From Candidatus Heimdallarchaeota archaeon (GTDB taxonomy: Archaea > Asgardarchaeota > Heimdallarchaeia > Hodarchaeales > Hodarchaeaceae): DNA of 64,000 nucleotides. The position numbers and the translations under genes were made by a program. Numbering within the stretch: the stretch's first letter is position 1; every line of letters starts with the position of its first letter. The DNA lies in assembly GCA_019057635.1 (NCBI GenBank), contig DXJL01000056.1, positions 1 to 64,000 of the forward strand, read 5' to 3'. Below are positions 59,120 to 64,000 of this stretch, piece by piece. Under the pieces are notes generated by a model. That model did no database searches. It saw only the letters and a list, made by a program, of their open reading frames with translations, and was not told the DNA's origin.

Positions 59120-59995
59120 ATGCTAGATTCATCAATGAAAGGAAAAATCTGTATGATTACAGGTTCAAATAGCGGAATCGGGAAATTCACAGCTCTTGAA
59201 TTAGCCAAATTGGGATCCCATATCATTATGGTCTGTCGGGATTACGAAAAAGGCACCAATACTCAACGGGAGATAATGGAAAAAACTGGAAATTCTGATA
59301 TTGAGCTTTTCATTGCGGATTTAGCTTCACAATCATCGATCAAAGAATTTGTGAAGAGATACAAGGAAAAATATAAAGTGTTACACATTCTGATAAATAA
59401 TGCAGGAACTATGACAAAAAAATGGACAGCCACAGAAGAGGGAAATGAAAGAACATTTGCCATTAATCATCTCGGTCCCTTTCTTTTAACAAATCTTCTC
59501 CTTGATCTGTTAATTGCAGGAGCACCTTCAAGAATAATAACTGTTAGTTCAGGTTTACATCATAATGGTGTCATAGATTTCAATGATATTCAATCTAAAA
59601 AGAAATATGGGAATTTGAAAGCTTATTCTAAGTCAAAATTGGCTAATATCCTTTTCACTTATGAACTCCATGATCGCTTGCAAAGCTCTGGAAACTTGGA
59701 TATTACAGCTAATGTAGTACATCCTGGCTTTACCAGAACTAGCTTTGGGAAAGAGGGACTTTCTTTACTGCAAAAAATTGGATTAATGGTTATTCATCCT
59801 ATAATGGCTATTCCTCCACAAAAAGGTGCAGAGACATCCATCTATCTAGCATCTTCCCCTGAGGTAAAAAACATAAGTGGCAAGTATTTTGTAAAAAAAG
59901 AAATAACCGATTCTTCACCAAAAACCTATGATCGTGAAAGTCAGAAACGTTTATGGATCATTAGTGAACAATTGACTGGAATTGCAACAATTTAA
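59120..59995 (+). CDS. SDR family oxidoreductase (retinol dehydrogenase-like)
   Basis: TGSNSGIG, INNAG, NHLGPF, YSKSK, VHPG. Confidence 0.95.
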   Translation: MLDSSMKGKICMITGSNSGIGKFTALELAKLGSHIIMVCRDYEKGTNTQREIMEKTGNSDIELFIADLASQSSIKEFVKRYKEKYKVLHILINNAGTMTKKWTATEEGNERTFAINHLGPFLLTNLLLDLLIAGAPSRIITVSSGLHHNGVIDFNDIQSKKKYGNLKAYSKSKLANILFTYELHDRLQSSGNLDITANVVHPGFTRTSFGKEGLSLLQKIGLMVIHPIMAIPPQKGAETSIYLASSPEVKNISGKYFVKKEITDSSPKTYDRESQKRLWIISEQLTGIATI

Positions 59996-60007
59996 GGGAG
60001 TTTTACA

Positions 60008-62149
60008 TCAGTCTTGTTCTTGAAGTTCCGCCAAAAGCTCTTCACTAAGCGTTTTCGGAGAGGGAAACCGAATCCGGTTGACAGAGAGCTCTTGACGTTG
60101 AATAGTTTCTTCCTGAACTTCTTGAGTACGTAATTGGACACGGCCTTTAATTTGTACAGTCTTCCCTTCGGAGTCTTTCCGCATTTTTTCAAATATTTGA
60201 TCATCTGTGTTTCCTTCCTCAACCATTCGTTTAACATCACCGCTTTTGAAACCAGTCAAGATTTCACCTGACATTCCAAAGAATGTTACCTTAATTGTTC
60301 CAGTACCGTCGTCTAGTAAGCCACTCAATCTTAGCCGAATAGTTGGATCGATTTTTCCATGTTCACGACAGCTCCATTCCTGTCCTTCTTCGGACTGATC
60401 AACCTTCTTTTTACATACAGAACAACCCCAATAATAGGGAGATTGCTGGAATAATCTGATTACCTTTCCCACAACTTCGATAGTATCACCATCAGCCTCC
60501 TTTGATAATTCAGCTAGATGGGTTTTAATATAGTCAATAGAAGCTTGACCAGAATCAGTAATTTGCTCTTTCCTTTCAATATTTTGTAGCTCAGAGGGAA
60601 TATCGCTAAATCCTTGAATCTCACTTTGGAAATTTAGATGAATTTCCATCCGACCGTCTTGGTTCTCACGAATTCCACCGTATAGTACTTTAATGTACTG
60701 TGTGGTTTGAAAGTCAAATTCTTCTAACTTCAGAACGTTTTCATTCCAAGCAACGATTCTTGTTGTTCCTGAGCCATCTTCTAGTGTTAAAGAACCTACC
60801 TTCCCAGTAGAACCATCAGAGCGATTAAATTCTCTGATTTCCGATTTATTTTGTAATATGCCATGAACACAAGCAATCCCTTTTTCGGGATTAAGGGTAG
60901 CAATATCATTCAAGGGTGGGTCTACATTAATACTCTCTCCTTCAAGCTCTGAAAATTTTGTATTTGCCGTAGTATGGAGTTCTATCGTTTGAAATTTCGA
61001 TAGTGATACACGAAGATTCTCAATTAATAGAGTTTGATCCTTAAATGTATCGAAATCAGAATTTGTCTCATTCCAGATTACAATGGCTGTTACCCCGGTA
61101 TCATCAAAAATAAAAGCACGACGTACACTTCCAGTTGATCCATCTTTACGGGAAAATTCACGAATATCATTTAGTGGCCCTTTTTTCACTTTTACTGACA
61201 CATAGTCGTCCTCAGAACTAATAGCTTCAATGTTTTTCATGGGGGTACTTCTTTGTGTTTCTTCAGACACACTAGATTCCTCCAAAGGTGGCAAAGATTT
61301 GTGGCCAATTTTCGTGACATATGTGGAACGCGTAGAATGAATCTCCGGATTTCCATCACGATCTAGTTTCACATTGGCTCCCTGAATTAGGAGTTCATCT
61401 CCCCGTGTGAAAATAAAGGCTTCCTCTGCTCTTTGATCCCAAAAAACAATTCTTCTGGTAACTCGTTGACCTTTTATGTGCAAATTAGCAACACGACCTT
61501 CTGTCCCATCAGCTCTATTAAATGTAACAAGCCGGCCAAGTTTAATAACTGTTCCTTTTGTATCAATTTCTTGAAGTTCTTCGTCTAGAACATCAAGGTC
61601 AATAATCTCGTCTTCTGGATCGGGATAAATATCCTTCTTTACATCTGTTAAAATTTTAATAATCCCACGATCACCTATATGAAGTTCTAAGTTTCCCGTC
61701 CGTCCCGATTTTGTATAAGCTTGCTTTAGATTAATTATTAACCCACGTTGAAGCTGATTTTCAGATATCTGTTTCGCTTTTATTCCCCAAAGTATTGTTC
61801 TGATGCTATCAGTACCATCATGTAGGAGGATTGGCGCTAATAATCCTTTTCCTCCCTCTCGCGTAAATTCTATGGGATGAAAGATACGTAGAATAACACC
61901 AGATATATTTACTCCTGATAATCCAGGTTCCATTTGTTTTAAGCTTTTAATCGTCAATTCAGGTCGTTTTTTGGTGTCAGGTCTTCCAAGTGGGACACTA
62001 TAATCTTTTGCTATTATATGGGCTGCAGCAATGTCGTTTATGAGAAATTCTAATTCTTCTTTTTTCTTGTCGATTTTCTGTTTGATATCAGCTCTTGAAA
62101 GGCCTGTATGCTGAGAAATCTTCTGAATCAAATCTTCTATGTTAGTCAA
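60008..62149 (-). CDS. Replication protein A large subunit (multi-OB fold with Zn finger)
   Basis: Repeated F-x-R-x-DG-x-x-G / D-x-T/SG..W OB units, CSVC...CREHG Zn finger, LDDGTG. Confidence 0.92.
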   Translation of the reverse strand: MTNIEDLIQKISQHTGLSRADIKQKIDKKKEELEFLINDIAAAHIIAKDYSVPLGRPDTKKRPELTIKSLKQMEPGLSGVNISGVILRIFHPIEFTREGGKGLLAPILLHDGTDSIRTILWGIKAKQISENQLQRGLIINLKQAYTKSGRTGNLELHIGDRGIIKILTDVKKDIYPDPEDEIIDLDVLDEELQEIDTKGTVIKLGRLVTFNRADGTEGRVANLHIKGQRVTRRIVFWDQRAEEAFIFTRGDELLIQGANVKLDRDGNPEIHSTRSTYVTKIGHKSLPPLEESSVSEETQRSTPMKNIEAISSEDDYVSVKVKKGPLNDIREFSRKDGSTGSVRRAFIFDDTGVTAIVIWNETNSDFDTFKDQTLLIENLRVSLSKFQTIELHTTANTKFSELEGESINVDPPLNDIATLNPEKGIACVHGILQNKSEIREFNRSDGSTGKVGSLTLEDGSGTTRIVAWNENVLKLEEFDFQTTQYIKVLYGGIRENQDGRMEIHLNFQSEIQGFSDIPSELQNIERKEQITDSGQASIDYIKTHLAELSKEADGDTIEVVGKVIRLFQQSPYYWGCSVCKKKVDQSEEGQEWSCREHGKIDPTIRLRLSGLLDDGTGTIKVTFFGMSGEILTGFKSGDVKRMVEEGNTDDQIFEKMRKDSEGKTVQIKGRVQLRTQEVQEETIQRQELSVNRIRFPSPKTLSEELLAELQEQD

Positions 62150-62452
62150 AATATTTCAATCCTCTTTTTTTCAGTTTAGTTAGTATAATGCGATTTAAAG
62201 CCTTCTTGTTTGATAATAAGCATACAACAAAGAAATTGCAGATTAATTATACCAATTTTTGTATGGATGATTTTTCCTGTTTATATGTTAGTCAAAGTAT
62301 ATTCTTGACCTAGCTTATATATTCATCAAAAAATGAATATGATAGATTTCATCTTACGAAAAGGGGCACAGTTTCCTTTAATTGATATAACGGTAACAAA
62401 TCAAGGAATTACAATGATTAAAAATCTTTCTGTAGATAATATCAATAAAAGC

Positions 62453-63040
62453 TTACCAGTTTTGATATTTAACACCCAATACCTCTACAATCAGATTGCG
62501 AAGCATGTTACGAAATTCACGACACCCATCCTTTGTTTTAAATGAAATAGAATGTACTTCCAATTTTGGAAGGGAGTATGTTGTCAGAATATCGATGTTC
62601 TGTTTTAACAGGGCTGTGTTTACCTTATCTCTTTTGTTCATCAGTACAAAAGGGGGATATTTCGTTGTTTCACCTAAAAATTGTATCATTTCAATATCGA
62701 TTGGTATTATCCCCTTTTTTTCTAAATTTTCTGTAACAATATGAAAAGTGGATGTGTCAATAACATGAATTCCAAAGATTATAGAATTGTTAGGTTCATC
62801 TAGGAATTGAACGATTTGGTCTTTAATTTTATCTTCCAGTGTTCTTGATCGTTTTGTAATTCTCCCAAACCCAGGTAAATCTACTAAGAAGACATCATTA
62901 ATTAATTGTATAGGGGCAATTCTTAAGGTTGTACCAGCTTTTTTTCCAACTGGTCGTCTAGTGTGGGCCAAATAATTAATCAGAGATGTTTTACCAGCAT
63001 TAGGACGACCTGTTACTGGAATATTATAGGTAATTTTCAT
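62453..63040 (-). CDS. engB: EngB/YihA-family GTPase
   Basis: GRPNAGKT, GKKAGTT, DLPGFG, IPIDIEM, NKRD. Confidence 0.9.
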   Translation of the reverse strand: MKITYNIPVTGRPNAGKTSLINYLAHTRRPVGKKAGTTLRIAPIQLINDVFLVDLPGFGRITKRSRTLEDKIKDQIVQFLDEPNNSIIFGIHVIDTSTFHIVTENLEKKGIIPIDIEMIQFLGETTKYPPFVLMNKRDKVNTALLKQNIDILTTYSLPKLEVHSISFKTKDGCREFRNMLRNLIVEVLGVKYQNW

Positions 63041-63042
63041 AA

Positions 63043-63684
63043 TTAAAACTTTAACAAGAAGGTAAGTAGTAGACCAGAAATTATTGGAACAGTGAGATTA
63101 TCATTTAATTTATCTCCTGTAGTTAATTCAATTATGGCTGAAAGAAGTGATACAAACATATTAACTAATAGAAAATAAGATACAATGATTGTTTGCGGAT
63201 CTCGAATGCTAAACAGATCTAAGATTGGTGCAAATTCTGGATTTATCGAAACGAGAAAGAAAATAAATGTACTGCTAATGAAAGCAGCCAGAAAAAACGC
63301 TAAGAAACCTTCAGCGCTTTTATTCTGAAAACGTTGATATCTATGATTTCCAAATCTCGTTCCAACCACATTGGCAAATCCATCGCCAAAAGCCATCATA
63401 CAAAATACAGATGCTGCTATCCTTAGATCGAGAAAAGTAACTAAAATTAGAACCATGAGAATATACAAAAGTGGACCATATAAATAGCCAGTTCTGATAT
63501 CTCTCTCCCGTGATGCCATAGCCTCAAAACCCTTTTTCCACATTGATGGACGAGCAATGACTATTATAAAAAACAATGCCACAATTGTTATCAAAATTAA
63601 CAACATGCGTGGTAGGATAGCTATTAAGGGAGTTAAGAACCCAAATCCGATATGGATTGTCTTTCTCTTCGTTTCTTGATCCAT
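63043..63684 (-). CDS. Dolichol/phytol kinase-like CTP-dependent membrane kinase
   Basis: RKTIHI, GDGFANVVG, KSAEG, NDNLTVP. Confidence 0.9.
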   Translation of the reverse strand: MDQETKRKTIHIGFGFLTPLIAILPRMLLILITIVALFFIIVIARPSMWKKGFEAMASRERDIRTGYLYGPLLYILMVLILVTFLDLRIAASVFCMMAFGDGFANVVGTRFGNHRYQRFQNKSAEGFLAFFLAAFISSTFIFFLVSINPEFAPILDLFSIRDPQTIIVSYFLLVNMFVSLLSAIIELTTGDKLNDNLTVPIISGLLLTFLLKF

Positions 63685-63726
63685 CTAGTTCATTTCCAAC
63701 TAATAGAATCAGAGATTCTGTACCCC

Positions 63727-64000
63727 TTACGATTCATCAGTTATATCCGATTTTTCTTCTGACACTGGGGTCTTTTGGCCTTCCTCAGATTCCTCAACCA
63801 AAGTATCTAACCAATCCCCAAACACATCAACTCGTTCTTCAATAGGACGGATGGGCTTAGTTGTTTGTATTTTGCATTTTCCACAAAATATTACAGCCGT
63901 ACGGATCTTTCGATCTATGTCAATGTTGATCGAATTAGTAGTGCCACAGATAGGACAATCGAACACAGTAGGTAATGTTGGAATCGGTTTTGTTCTAATT
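63727..64000 (-). CDS. elf1: Transcription elongation factor Elf1 (5' end outside window)
   Basis: Frame is open to the window edge: ...PTLPTVFDCPICG...CGKC...VDVFGDWLD, acidic tail. Confidence 0.9.
   Translation of the reverse strand, partial: IRTKPIPTLPTVFDCPICGTTNSINIDIDRKIRTAVIFCGKCKIQTTKPIRPIEERVDVFGDWLDTLVEESEEGQKTPVSEEKSDITDES

Noticed and set aside
1-64000. Genome-wide TAG or TGA reassignment
   Set aside because: Conserved genes end at the expected lengths with TAG (tfb, vps4, infB) and TGA (ESCRT-III, vapC), and long core ORFs have no internal stops.
1-64000. CRISPR array, rRNA, transposase or prophage
   Set aside because: No regularly spaced repeats, rRNA-like GC-rich blocks, or transposase, integrase or viral structural motifs were seen.

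Overview
A 64-kb AT-rich, gene-dense chromosomal segment from an Asgard archaeon, most likely Heimdallarchaeia (inferred from ESCRT-I/II/III, ubiquitin-E1-E2-RING, Mak16-like, EMC6-like and Yip1 genes). The core (about 12-30 kb) is a ubiquitin-ESCRT supercluster: Vps25, Vps4, two ESCRT-III, Vps22/36, Vps28, UEV-Vps23, E1, Ub, RING and E2. It is interleaved with a longin-like/Rab-like GTPase fusion, an Arf-like GTPase, Yip1, a PAP2 phosphatase and an uncharacterised Zn-finger/PH-like/steadiness-box-like protein. The flanks carry housekeeping genes for transcription, translation and replication, metabolic genes (AOR-DeoC, an FAD/Fe-S oxidoreductase operon) and four tRNA genes, three of them with introns. 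The most unusual observations are: an intron-containing tRNA with a Gln-type body whose canonical splicing gives a CUA (amber) anticodon; an in-frame TAG joining Vps23 to Vps28; a vapBC module bracketed by a duplicated 3' end of tfb; probable ATA start codons; and several pseudogene remnants. All calls come from reading motifs by eye; no database searches were run.
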